Below are positions 40,060 to 59,135 of a stretch of DNA of 64,000 nt, one piece after another. Made by a program: the position numbers and the translations under genes. How positions within the stretch are numbered: position 1 is the first letter of the stretch; each line of letters begins with the position of its first letter. Under the pieces are notes generated by a model. The model ran no database searches. It was given only the letters and a program-made list of their open reading frames with translations, and had not been told where the DNA came from. Location of the stretch: the NCBI RefSeq assembly GCF_009914755.1, contig NC_060925.1, one strand, 5' to 3'. The stretch comes from the human T2T-CHM13v2.0 reference genome, Homo sapiens.

Positions 40060-40504
40060 TTAGTCCTCTGCATTCTAGTTTTTGTTGCTGTTAAGAAGTC
40101 TAGTTGAAGTTCTTGGTAAATAACCTTTCAATCACCTGACTTAATACTGTAAACAGAGAAGCAGATTTTTATTAATGTCTCATCAAAAGTAAGTTTTTCA
40201 CCAGGAATATGCTTGTGAATGCAACATAAACATTTATAAATGTACCATTCATCAGTTTTCTTTCCTGATGGGAATAGTGAAAGAAAATAGAATTCATCAG
40301 AACTCCTGTGCCTCTTTGGCACAAACTTATAGCAATACGATAAATAGCAAGTACACCTATGTGTGAAGTCTTACCATAAAAAACAAACTTGATCAACTGC
40401 GCCGGAGGAAAGACTGAGTATCTTTCTCTTCTCTCCATGGAAAATGATATTACAAAATTGTCGTCACATGTTGGGGCCAGCAAAGAGAATATAGCCAGAT
40501 GATA

Positions 40505-42905
<2,401 letters not shown>

Positions 42906-45009
42906 TTTAAATCCAGGAAAAATTGTAGAGATTTATTTTTCCTGGATTTGGTGATCTTGTGGCTTTTCTCCCCCCAGCTTTTTGAAACTTTTGGTTTGTT
43001 GTGACTTCTAGTCTCTAAATATTCACTTTACTGCCAAATTTTGTATTCATACTTTTGTATTCTTTGTCTTTTAAATGGCTTCCTAAATGGTATACATCAT
43101 CAGGCCCTCAAAATGTGCTCCACCTGCTTTGAACCACAAAACCCCTGGGGACCCTAATCCAAACAGCTTCCACCCTCCCCAGCACTCTCTCGCTTGCTGT
43201 GCAGGCTTTCTGTGAATGCTCCAGGCACGCAAAGGAAGGAAGCCAAATGCTCCAAGCTGCTCGATGTCTGACTCCTGGAGCCGCAGCTCCCATGACTTTG
43301 TAAAGGGCATGCACCCTGCAGGGCATGTGCCCCAAGCACCAGGGGTTCCTCCTACTCTCTTTGCTTTCGAAAATGAGGCAGCAGGAAGTGATGGAGAGCG
43401 CTGTGGTCATCAAATGTGGATGAAGTTAAAATTTGTTAACCAAATGCAAACACTTCGGGGAGTGAAAGTGGGGCACTATTCATTTTTTTTTAAAGTCAGG
43501 CTCTCACTCTTGCCTCAGCTGGAATGTAATGATGTGATCAGGGCTCATTGCAGACTGGACCTCCCAGCTCAGGTGATTCTCCCACTTCAGCCTCCTAAGT
43601 AGCTGGGACTACAAGTGTGTAACAACATACCCAGCTAATTTTTTTGTATTTTTTGTAGACACGGGTTTTCACCATGTTGCCCAGGCTAGTCTCAAACTCC
43701 TAGACTCAAGTGATCTGGATGCCTAGACCCCCCGCAAAATGTTGGTGTTAGTGGTGTGAGCCACCTTGCCTGGCCTCCATTTGCAAGATTGTCCCAAAGG
43801 AAGTGACCTTGGCTGAAACCCTGGCTCTGCTTCCTCTGGCCTTGGGGCGAGAAGTAAATAACCAAATCTGCCTGGGCTTGTTTCCTCACCCCAGAAAATG
43901 GCAGTAAGAGCTGCCTCACAGACCAGGTACGGTGGTGCACGTCTGTAATCCCAGCAATTTGGGAGGCCAAGGCATGAGGATTGCTTGAGCTCCAGAGTTT
44001 GAGACCAGCCTGGGCAACATAGTGAGACCCCACCTCTACAAAAATCAAATTAGATGGGCATGGTGTTTTATGCCTGTAGTCCCAGCTGCTTGGAAGCTGA
44101 GGTGAGAGGATTATTTGAGCCCAGGAAGGTGGAGGCTACAGTGAGCTATGATCACCCCACTGCACTCCAGCCTGGGTGGCAGAGCCAGATCCTGCCTCTG
44201 AAGAAAAAGAAAAAAAGAAAAAAGAAAAAGAACTACATCAGTATTTTGTTAAAGGTTAAGGTTAGATTACCTAGATATAGGCTCTGTTTCTCTCCACATA
44301 TATCTGTATATCTATCTATACACACACGTATATATTTAGAGTTATGTATATATATGCAGAGAGAGGTATAGCTATAGATAGATCTATATAAATATATATA
44401 AACAGCTATCTCTCTTTACATATGCATATATATATTTATGTATCAATCCACAATACAGAAACTTGGATATGCACAAAATATCACATTTTCTCTAAACCAG
44501 CTGAATTTTTATTTCAAACTCCCCTTCACAGCAGACTGGGAAGATGCTTGAATTCAATCTTTTCGAGGTATCCCACTGCCCCCTCCGAGATATGCTACAA
44601 ACTCCCACACGGTGTCAAGCTCTGCACAGGAGTTACCTTGGAGAGCCTGTTGTCCCGGGAGCCTGACCCGTGAGTCCTAGGGGTCCCTGCTGCTTCCATG
44701 TGGACATCAGGCCAAGGGGCCTCTTTCCCAGGCTGCCCGCAGCCCCAGCTGCCCAGGCACACTCTGCTGCAGCTTTTTCTCGGGACGTTGTCTCCCCAGT
44801 GGCTCTGCGGTGACCTCTCTGGGGACCTAGGATCCTCATTTTTTAGTGTGGAAGTAATCCTTTCTTCACATCCAGCTAAGACATTCTATCAAAGCATGAG
44901 AATCTGCTTCCTTTTCATTTCTCTTAAAAAAATCATATACATTCTAGGCTGGGCGCGGTGGCTCATGCCTGTAATCCCAGCACTTTGGGAGGCTAAGGCA
45001 GGCAGATCA

Positions 45010-45306
<297 letters not shown>

Positions 45307-46428
45307 CTACCCTGCCACATCTCTCCCCGCAATGCATGAGCAATTGGGTTAGCCAAAGGGAGAAACATGGGGAAAACAAACTTTCACAATACTGCACTGG
45401 CCACACGGCACCTGCCATAACGAAGGGGTTCGGTAAGTGCTTGGCCCTTTTCCTGGAAATGATACCATAATCACCAGGATATACTGATCCAGCCTGAATC
45501 ACTGGCAGCCTTTACGTGGGCAGAAGTGAAATGAGCAAAACATTATGGTGAAGCAATAGGACTGAACATTTCTGGGAGAAGCAGCTGAAAGAAGAAAAAC
45601 TTCTGGACGAAAGAGTAAACACCTGGGGAGTCACTCATTAAGCAGAACAGGAAGAGAGGCAGAATTACTGACAAAGAGCTAACAAAACATTTTTTCCAGA
45701 AATCTGGGGGAAGACAGCGAAGAGAACAATAGCTGAAGTCCACAGAACAGCCACTAATACAGCAAGAAGATACCTTAGAGCTCAACTACTCAACATCGCC
45801 TCCACCCCATTTTACAAATACTGAGGCTACAGCTGAAAGCACTTGCACAAAACCAATAACACATTAAGTTTAGCTGCAAGATTCCTAACCACCAATTAGC
45901 TTTTTACTATAATTACAATATGTTGTCTTTTTATGACTGAAAGTAAAGAGGATTGAAGAAGTCAGTTGGACCAGGGTTCAGATTTCGACTCTCTCCCTTA
46001 CTTTGTAACCTAGAGTATTTTATTTGGCTCTAGCCTCTACTTCTTCTATAACATAGGACTAAGAATTCTTGTGTAAGAGTCTGGGTTATTGTGAAGATTA
46101 AATGAGGTACTGAAGGACCCAATACAGTGTCAGCACATTGTAGCTGCTTGTTTGAGTGGCGATAGTAATACTCTTTCCAGTTCTTCCAGTATGATTCATT
46201 TTGATAAACTAAAACTCTTCATGAGAAATATCCCATTTGCTTTTTTAAAAAAAAAACGAACACATATAGCCAAGATTTTATTTAACTCATTAATTAATGA
46301 GGGAACCAATAGCATGTTAAAACCAATACAAAGGAAAATCTAGAGGACATGCAGGCAAGAAGGAATGCAAATAAATGCAAAACTGGCCACTTTCATGGCA
46401 CCGTAACCGGTTGCGTCTTCACCTGACA

Positions 46429-50290
<3,862 letters not shown>

Positions 50291-53200
50291 TGCCTTTTTG
50301 AAAATGCTGTTCATATTATGAAGTCTTATAGGGCAATTAAAATTTAGGGTAAATTGATTTTTTTTTTTCTCTCGAAGGGAAGACTCTGGGCTATAAACAT
50401 AGACAGACTGGTAACAGGAAGCAGACGTGGCAAAGTTCACAGATCCTCCATATGCTGGACATGATGGTCTTTGCCAAACAGCTGAAAGTCTTGGCCATGA
50501 AATGCTGCTTTTCATCACCGAGTAGACACTATGGAAAAGCAAGTGAGAAGCCAGAGCTCCAGAGACTTGGGTGCAAACATTACCACGGAAATAGCACAGA
50601 GACTTTGTGTGTTTATTTCGTTTCAAATTTGATGGAAATTTTTCTCATTCAAGAAAAATCCAACTGTCACTACCCTTGCTCATTATTGCAAATTGGCATA
50701 GGAGCCCCCTACACTTTTTATTGTTTTATCTCTAAGTGTCAGGTTAAGACCATGCTGCTTTCTGCCTTGCTACACTCCAGCCACTGTTTGTCCTGAGAAA
50801 TTTCCATGGTCATGCTCTGTTAGTCCAAGGGGTGGTTTTTTACTCCATTTTATTTGGCCTTGCTCAGAGACAAGTGTTGTAACAAATACCTTGGGAGGCA
50901 GCTCACTGGTCACGTAGCTCTGATGTGGAGTCACCAGAGTTTCTATTGGCAGCCCTGGGTTTCACCTCTTTAAAACAAGTGGAGAGTACAGTCAGCTCAT
51001 AAACCGACGTGGTTCTTCATAGCATTCTTCCTGAAGCACCCAACATCCAGCTTTCAAGGAGACAGTTCATTATCTCTTTCAAAGAATCTGTTTCACATAA
51101 CAAAGACATTCTTAGCATTTGGTCATTGCTTGTCATCAGTAGAGAAGCTTACTAGGAGAAATGTCAGGATCCCCAGCTCTAGAAGTTCTACTCAAAAGCA
51201 GAGGAAGGGCCTGGTGACCTCTTCGGGTCTGTGGTCACGAGACAAAGCTGTAAAGGGTGAATACAAGTCACTTGGTTTGTCTAGGCTCTACCAGTTGTTT
51301 GCTGGGTGACAGCCCGTGGAGAATGGTTATAAACAGTTTGGATTTCCAAGTCAAATACGTGTTGATCAAATCCCAACTGGGCTGCTGCCTCAGTTCCTTC
51401 ATCTCTAATGCAGGAGTAACAGCTTATTAATGAGGTGTGAGCATTAAAAGGGACAGTGCAGGTAAAGCATTTATTATACTGCCTAGAAAAAACAGCCCCT
51501 CACTCCTTGTTATATTTGTTTCAATTACTCTAAATATGACGTTGCTGAACTAGTGTTGAGCATTTCTAGAGCTAATGTACTATGCTTCAAAATTTAAATA
51601 ATTTTTCATCCTTCAGTTCAAGGTTAGACCTCACAGTAGCAGTAGTAAGTTATAGTGGTCATAATAACTCTAAAATATTTTAATTAACAAAATCTACAAA
51701 ATGTTTGTTGTACATTGCAGGATGCACAAGAGTTAAAGACAACTAAATATTCAACAAGAATCTGTTCCAGGTGGTGAGGTGTTAGAGACAGAATGTGGCT
51801 GACGGGGAACTTTTCCTTATGGTCAAGATTCAGGAAAAGCAGCAACAAACGTAATAGTGAAATAGCAAAAGAATGAACATAACCAATTCCATTTCCATTT
51901 AAGAGGCTTTGAGCCATTTCTGTACGTAGGCTAGGATGCTTTTAGAGCACTGGGGTAAAACACAAAAACAGCAACCATGTAGTTTTTGAAACTAACTGTG
52001 ATGAAAGCATGTAAACAACTGTGTCGTGTTAAAGACTTACAGGAAGAAGCAGGCTTGACTACTGTCACATGAGAGACCATCACTCAAAGACAAAGACGCT
52101 TCATAAACCTCCCCCAAACCCTTGCTGGCAGCCAGATGCCTGTGGTTGTTGGCTCCCTGCCTGTCCCCCTTACCTAAACATAGAAGACAAAAAAAAAAAA
52201 AAAAAAAAGGCTGCATTTGTCTCCTACGTGTAGAGATCCCATTCTACCTCACCTTAGAGTGAATTGTTTACACAGCCATCTCCCAATAGACTGTTTCTTG
52301 AAAGTAAGTACGTACATCTCAATTGATGCTGATTCAATTAAATACATTTTTATTTTGGTTTCTAAGAACTTTCTGTATTATGCAAACACAAAGGGGTTAT
52401 GCAAACACAATGAAAAGGAAGATTTGAAATGACAAAGAATCAGAAAAAGCTTTTTGAAGGAGAACATTTCATAAAGTCATAGACAACTTAGACTAAAAGG
52501 GACTTGGATAATGACACTAGTGTCCTAAGTTTGCAGATGGGAGGACGGAACACACTGATAGCTAGGAGGGAGCGGGTCTGGATCTCAAACTTCCAAGTTT
52601 GGTTTCCTTTCCAAGTTAGAATCCTTTCAGGCAGAGATGTGGCAAGCAAATCCAAGGAGAGATGAAGGAGACAAAACGGCACAGATGTTTCAAAGCAAAG
52701 GGACTATCCAGGAAATGAAGATTACTTTAGTTACCAGGGAAGAAACGTGTATATGTCATGGGGGAAGGGAAGAGAAAATGCACGCATGTGGCACAGCCCT
52801 TTGTGGTGCGGTCAAGTGGAGGAAGCTTTATGAAGAGGTTGGTGGGACCTTGAAGCAGGAAGGAAGGGGAGGAAGACGCAGGGTACAGAAGGATGAAAAG
52901 CTCATGGTGGTCAAGAAACTTGTAAATGGTGGTAGATACTATAATGGGACACATAGATACGCACGTAAGAAAAGGGCCAGAACACACAAAGTCTCAAAAG
53001 GTTAAGCTGTGAAACTTATAATTTTGAATAATAATAATGAGACATTCAAGATTCTTGAGCTTGATAGGATAAAAAAAAAACAGTATAAATTGACAGTTAT
53101 TGAATTTAAGATGACAAAAGTATTTTAAATTTCTACTTTATTCCCCAAATACATCACTGTCATAAAGCTTTCTGATGATCTAAAGCTGGTTAAAAATAAA

Positions 53201-53444
53201 GACCTTGTACATGCACATTACTTTAGGACATGAAGCTAAGTGAATTATATTGATCAGAATCTGCTAAGAAAATTTTTTTCTTTAAATAGTCAAACTAATA
53301 AGAGATTTCACAGTAACCACATATTAATAGAACTGGAGGATTCTTTCTTTTGCTAAGCCTTGGGAAATGGTTTATAATCATTTGATAAGTTGATGAAGTA
53401 TTAGCAAGCAAGATGGTAAAAGAAATAAAATATACAATCATTGT

Positions 53445-55466
53445 ATAAAGTTCCAGAAACACTTTATTTAAAAATGGAGTTGTAAATGCATAACAAAATA
53501 ACATAAGTAATAAATGTAACAAAAATAAATAAGGAGGATAATGTATTCATACAAAATAAAAATAACATAGTAAAAGGCCAAATGTTTATAATTGAACCAA
53601 ACTGTGTAAACACTTAAACAAGAATGTAAGCAGAGTAGATTCTAGTATTTTCCTAAACTCCTTACCTTCTACTTCCATGTGGATATAATCAGTACCCAAA
53701 TATTAAATAAAAGAGGGAGCAATGCTGATTATTTTGTCCAACTTTTTCTTCAAATGGATTGACCCTGTTTTAACATTTCGTTTATTCCTTCAAAGCATTT
53801 GTATCTTTCCATTTATGTTCTTTAAAACCTTTTTTCAGTCTTCCTTTATTAGACAGAATGGGGAATTTAGCTTTACAAGGAGAATAGTTCATTTACCTTT
53901 TTTTTTTTGTATTTAAAGAAAAATAGGAGATCCATTATAGTTTTGTTTTTACATCTCTATAAAGTTTTTTTGCATCTTTATTAATTGATCCAACAATACA
54001 GGATTTAAAAAATCCTGTAAAGTCTTGAAGTGTATAGAGTTACTTTGTTTCTTAAAACAAATATAGCACAGGATTATTGTGGAAATATTAAAGACCATTT
54101 CATAAAAGTTGCAGTTTAACCTTTATAGACTGATGGGGTCAAGGGGGAAAATCCAGGTCTACTAATAATATTTAACTGAATTAAGATACACCCCAATTAT
54201 AGTGTTCTGGAAACACAAAGGTAATTACTTTTCTTTTTAAAATTATCCAAATGTGAACTTACTGGAAAGAGAAAAAACAAGTTTAAAGAAGAAATTTTTC
54301 ATAGGCTTCTTGTTTAGTAGCACAGGCCAAAGGCCTTTGTCGTCGTCTTGCAGGGTCCTTATAAATGTGTAAGACAGACAGCATTTACTATTGAGTCCTA
54401 CAGGGAAACACACAGAAGCAATTCATTGCTTGGGAGTGAAACTATCAACTAATCTTACGACTACTGGTTCTCCAAGTCCCCTAATGAAGAAAATTTTAAC
54501 CTCATGATCATTTCAAGGGAATTTCTTTTTCAACTGTCACATATAAACTTGGTAACACAGGACCAATATACATGTTCTGAGTTTTAAAAATATACTCCAC
54601 CTAAACTATCTGTCTAGTTTAATCTTTCTAGTTATCATTTAACCTAAAATGAGAGACCAAATCTTATTTCCATTAAAAAAAATGAAAAAAAGTGCCAAAT
54701 TGATCTTTTTGAAAGTGGAGTAAAACACTGTGGGCTTAAAACAAATACAGTATTATCAATCTCCTATGTACAAAAAAGACGGTTAGTCCTTATTGATATA
54801 TAGATATGTCCACCTACCACTCCCAGCAAATCTTAGTGCAAACATAATAGTTAATTTCCGTAAACCCCAAGACAATTTACGTATCAACAAAGTTATATAA
54901 ATCACATCTATGTTGGAAAATTTTAGGACACAGAGTGACTGTTGTGAAAGGTCTGCTTTACTGTGGAGAGTACTTATGTCATTGTGTCCAATGGTAATGA
55001 GTACTAATATAAATCCTATTATTAAGAAGCAAATAGAATGGTTTAACAAATCTGTACAGATGAAGAAGTCCATTTCAGGGAGCAGCTTGGCACAGGAGAC
55101 TTAGGGGTTCAGAAATGTTGGCTATTTAGTTTGCTTGTAGGTCACAGCATGGCTTAAAAAAAAGAAAAAAGATCTATGAAGGGAAAGGGTGTAATCATTA
55201 AATTCAATTTGAAAATCATAAAACCACAAAAGGCGACACTGCCACAATCTGCTTTTTCCTATTTGTGCATCAAGTGGTTATCTAAATAGTTTGAAAGGAT
55301 TGATATACTACATTATACGTCAAAAATAAATAAATAAAATTAAGAAGACAGGGATTCCAAGATTGTAGCTGACCAAGCTGTCTTGTTTTGCGTACATCAA
55401 CACTATGCTGCTTCCAATATTCCTAGCCATTCCACAGGTAATGATTTTTCAACAATCAAGAGAAAG
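53445..55466 (-). other. CEP170: CEP170 3'UTR (~2 kb, AU-rich, free of recognisable repeats)
   Basis: Follows the stop codon. Minus-strand AATAAA at 53468-53463 is preceded by U-rich sequence; other AATAAA copies lie near 53780-53980. The exact cleavage site is inferred. Confidence 0.75.
53463..53468 (-). terminator. Probable distal polyadenylation signal of CEP170
   Basis: tttatt on the + strand (AATAAA on -), at the end of the repeat-free UTR segment. Confidence 0.65.
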
Positions 55467-55756
55467 TCATTCTTGTACTGTAACATCTTCCTCTTCCCCA
55501 TCGGGGTTGAATCTATTGAAATGTATACTGAAATCAGCCTCAGATTCAGCATTCTCAAATTCAGCTGCGGCTGAAACAGCAGCAGGATGAAGAGCCCTAG
55601 CTTCTGGTTGGCCAAGTGTTGGTGTCTGACCCGGGCTGTGGTGGTTATTCACAGGGCTGGACTTCTGTTTCGGTGGAGATGGCAACATAGCACTGGGAAA
55701 TCCCATGTTGTTCAGAGCCTCCAAAGTTCCATCAGGATCAATCATAGCATTGATTG
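55467..55756 (-). CDS. CEP170: CEP170 terminal coding exon (A|INAMIDPDG...EEEDVTVQE*)
   Basis: Acceptor tttccttttcccgccctttag|CA at 55758-55757. 290 nt = 2 nt + 96 codons including the stop. Peptide matches the CEP170 C-terminus as I recall it, and the phase fits the upstream exon. Confidence 0.93.
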
Positions 55757-57266
55757 CTAAAGGGCGGGAAAAGGAAATAATTTTAGATGCAGTTACATTC
55801 ACATATAAACACTGTTCATGATTTGGATAATATTTAAACTATCAGTGCGTATGTGATCTTAAATGTGGCTAATCTTCCAATATTATATTTAAAACTCCAT
55901 TCTTAGTTATTCTGTAGCTGTACTGTAAATCACCCAGCCCTGAATACTTTCTCTGGGTCCTTTGATGTGGCACTTACGGGCATTTCAGAGACTTGTAAGT
56001 CTGGTATTTGAAGATGTGGAATTCAAGAAAAATCTTGTTGAAATTTGTCTTCATTATTGTGAGAGGACCGAGAAAATACTGAATATGATTTTTAATAAAC
56101 ATCTAAACCCACATCACTCAGATAACTGAGGTATTAGCTGCTAAGTCAGGGTTCAGAGTAACCTCAAGGCTGGAGAGGCCAGAAGAACATCAGCATACTT
56201 TGAATGCTACCATAGAATACGGTCATTTAGCCTGGCCAGAGTGCTAGGGTTATCAGCTGTATACACCACTGAGATACAGGGGTTCCCTCAGAGCCTACAG
56301 ACTAATATCACAGGGCAGCTTGCAAAGCCAAACAGACTTGCTGCCTATATGGAAGGGGTCAGTTAAAGGTCAGCTTTCAGTCCAAAAGATCTTTGGGTTG
56401 ACATGGAAAGTTCTCAGGCGGTGATTTTCAATTTGGCATTGGGCAGAGTAGGGAGTTGGGAGAAGGAAGTAACATAGATGTAAGAATCATGTAGAAGGGA
56501 CTTTTAAAAGTATACCCCCAGTCTACCAGCTAACAAGCACTGTGTTAGCAAGCCACTTTTACTCATGGGGTGTACCATAACCCTTAGGTGTGTTGGGGCT
56601 AAATAAAGATGAAAAATCATTTTGATAGGATCCACATAAGTACCTATGATTATTCGATAGATAAAGACTCAGTAGAATTAGCAGTTGACTATGGAACCTG
56701 CCTGTTGTACCACTGGGGACTTCTGGGTCAAGACATACATAGGCATTAATGCACAGCCCAGCTCTGACAAGTTTAGAGGGCAGCCTCTTTCACTTTCTTC
56801 TCTCCTTTCTCTTCTGGTCTCTATGGCCAATATGTACTCATTTCTTGTCAACCAAACAACTATTATTTCTATTAGAATGTAAGTTTGTTTCAGGTTACAC
56901 CACCAACATAATTTAAGAACTGTCAAATCACACAAATAATGCTAATTAACACAACTTTATTATATATTTTTCACATATTATTTATATGTAATACATAAAA
57001 AATTTCAATTAGTTTATGACATCTAGCCTACTGTCAAACCTATGAACTAAAATATGCCCAACATATATCTTTATTACATTTTAAATTTTTATACTGGGTT
57101 TAAAAAAATTCCTTTTTATGAATAATGTGAATGTTTGAACTCTGTATTTTATGTATGTCATTACATTTAATCAAATAACATCCTAACAATATTTTAAGAA
57201 ATACCACTCAGAAGGCACTTATTCTAAATTATTAGCTCTTTATACTTAATTCAGTAGTAAATTTAC

Positions 57267-57318
57267 CTTGCAGCTGCTTTTCTACTCTTTTCAGTTCCTG
57301 TAAGATAGAAGAAATCTC
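57267..57318 (-). CDS. CEP170: CEP170 penultimate coding exon (EISSILQELKRVEKQLQ, 52 nt)
   Basis: ccctgcag|GAG...CAAG|gtaaat. Phase 0 in, phase 1 out; joins the terminal exon in frame. Confidence 0.93.
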
Positions 57319-57507
57319 CTGCAGGGAAAGCAATAACAAAAATTAGCCTACTTTTAGCTAAATGTTATCACTTTACAAGCAATGAATTTCACTCTCACTT
57401 TATTTGGAACACTTAATATTATCTACATGGTACTTACTACATTAATAGCAACATGATATGAAATAATTATGATATCTAGCAAACAAGATTCAAATTAAAA
57501 TATTTAA

Positions 57508-57930
<423 letters not shown>

Positions 57931-58377
57931 TAAAAATGCCTTCAAATTATCTTTGTAAAAACATATAAACTGCAACCTCAATATTATAATTATATTCTGA
58001 GCAATGAAAATCTGTACAAATTCTTTTAAAAAGAAGATAAGCATTATATTAAGTAAACGGAAACGACTTATGTCAACTTAATATTTTCATGTTAGATTTG
58101 GTTCTCTTTAAAAATTTCATGTTTCTAATGTTTAATTATTACAAGAACAATCTATACTAGTAAGAAACACAAAAGGCTCCTCCTTCATACCCTCTGCAAC
58201 TTTGAAACAATCAACATTTTAAACCTGTGAGTCAGTAGAAGAAATAAAATTTCCCAAAATTTTGCATTTATATCTTCTTTTGAAAAAGCAAATCAACGAA
58301 CAGCTCAAAAATAAGGGTCTTTTCCTTAAAATAAAACTCTATTAAAATGTTTTAATCTTCAAGAAAAATTACTATAC

Positions 58378-58471
58378 CATGCTTGAGGTTTTCACAATAG
58401 GGACTTCACTTTCGGCTCTTAATTTGCTTTCTATGTCATCCCAATTCCGATCTTTGTCTTTAAATAATATT
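58378..58471 (-). CDS. CEP170: CEP170 coding exon ([31 protein letters not shown], 94 nt)
   Basis: ttatag|AATA...CATG|gtatag. 1 nt + 31 codons, no stop; CEP170 C-terminal region. The next upstream coding exon was not found in the window. Confidence 0.93.
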
Positions 58472-58779
58472 CTATAAATCAAAAAACATAAGCATATAAC
58501 TTTTTATATTTTAAAAACCTATTACTTTTTTGTTAATAATACCAAAGCAATGTATCTTTTCAAAGGTACACAAAGAAAAAAAACCAACCACCGCATAAAC
58601 TGAGAATTAAAATACTAAGCCAACAGTACCAATTAATTCATGTGTATGAGCTCCAATTGAATGCTTATTAATACATGCATAAATTCTTTACTGTTTATCT
58701 TATTCTTTATTGAAAACAAAATATAAAACAAATGTAAATGATGTTATGACCTCAAAACTTTAATATTTATAATTTACAA

Positions 58780-59135
58780 TACAGTAATGCCCTCTTATCC
58801 ACAGTTTCTCTTTCCATGGTTTTAGTTAGTGGCAGTCAAGCATGGTCCGTAACTATTACAGTATTTTGGGAGAGGGAGAGAGAGAGAGAGAAAAAAAAAG
58901 ACCACATTCACATAACTTTTTTTTACAGTATATTGTTACAAATGTTCTATTTTATTATTAGTTACTATTGTTAATCTCTTACTGTGCCTAATTTATAAAT
59001 TAAACTTTATCATAGGCATGTATGTGTAGGAAAATACACAGTATATTAGGTTTTAGAATTATCTGTGGTGTCAGGCATCCAGTGGGTATCTTGGAACAAC
59101 ATGTATCACCTGGGTATAAGGAGAAAAGACTGTGT
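58780..59135. mobile_element. MER44/Tigger7-type DNA transposon remnant in a CEP170 intron
   Basis: tacagta..ccctcttatccacagtttc..accacattcacataacttt..caggcatccagtggg..cttggaac. Confidence 0.75.

Noticed and set aside
55236-55245. 10-nt match to the miR-34a 5' end in the CEP170 UTR
   Set aside because: It has the same sense as the miRNA on the mRNA strand, so it is not a target site, and no hairpin is evident. Likely chance.
55757-55802. N-terminal [15 protein letters not shown] of the 111-aa ORF
   Set aside because: Intronic: it is the pyrimidine tract and acceptor of the CEP170 last exon.
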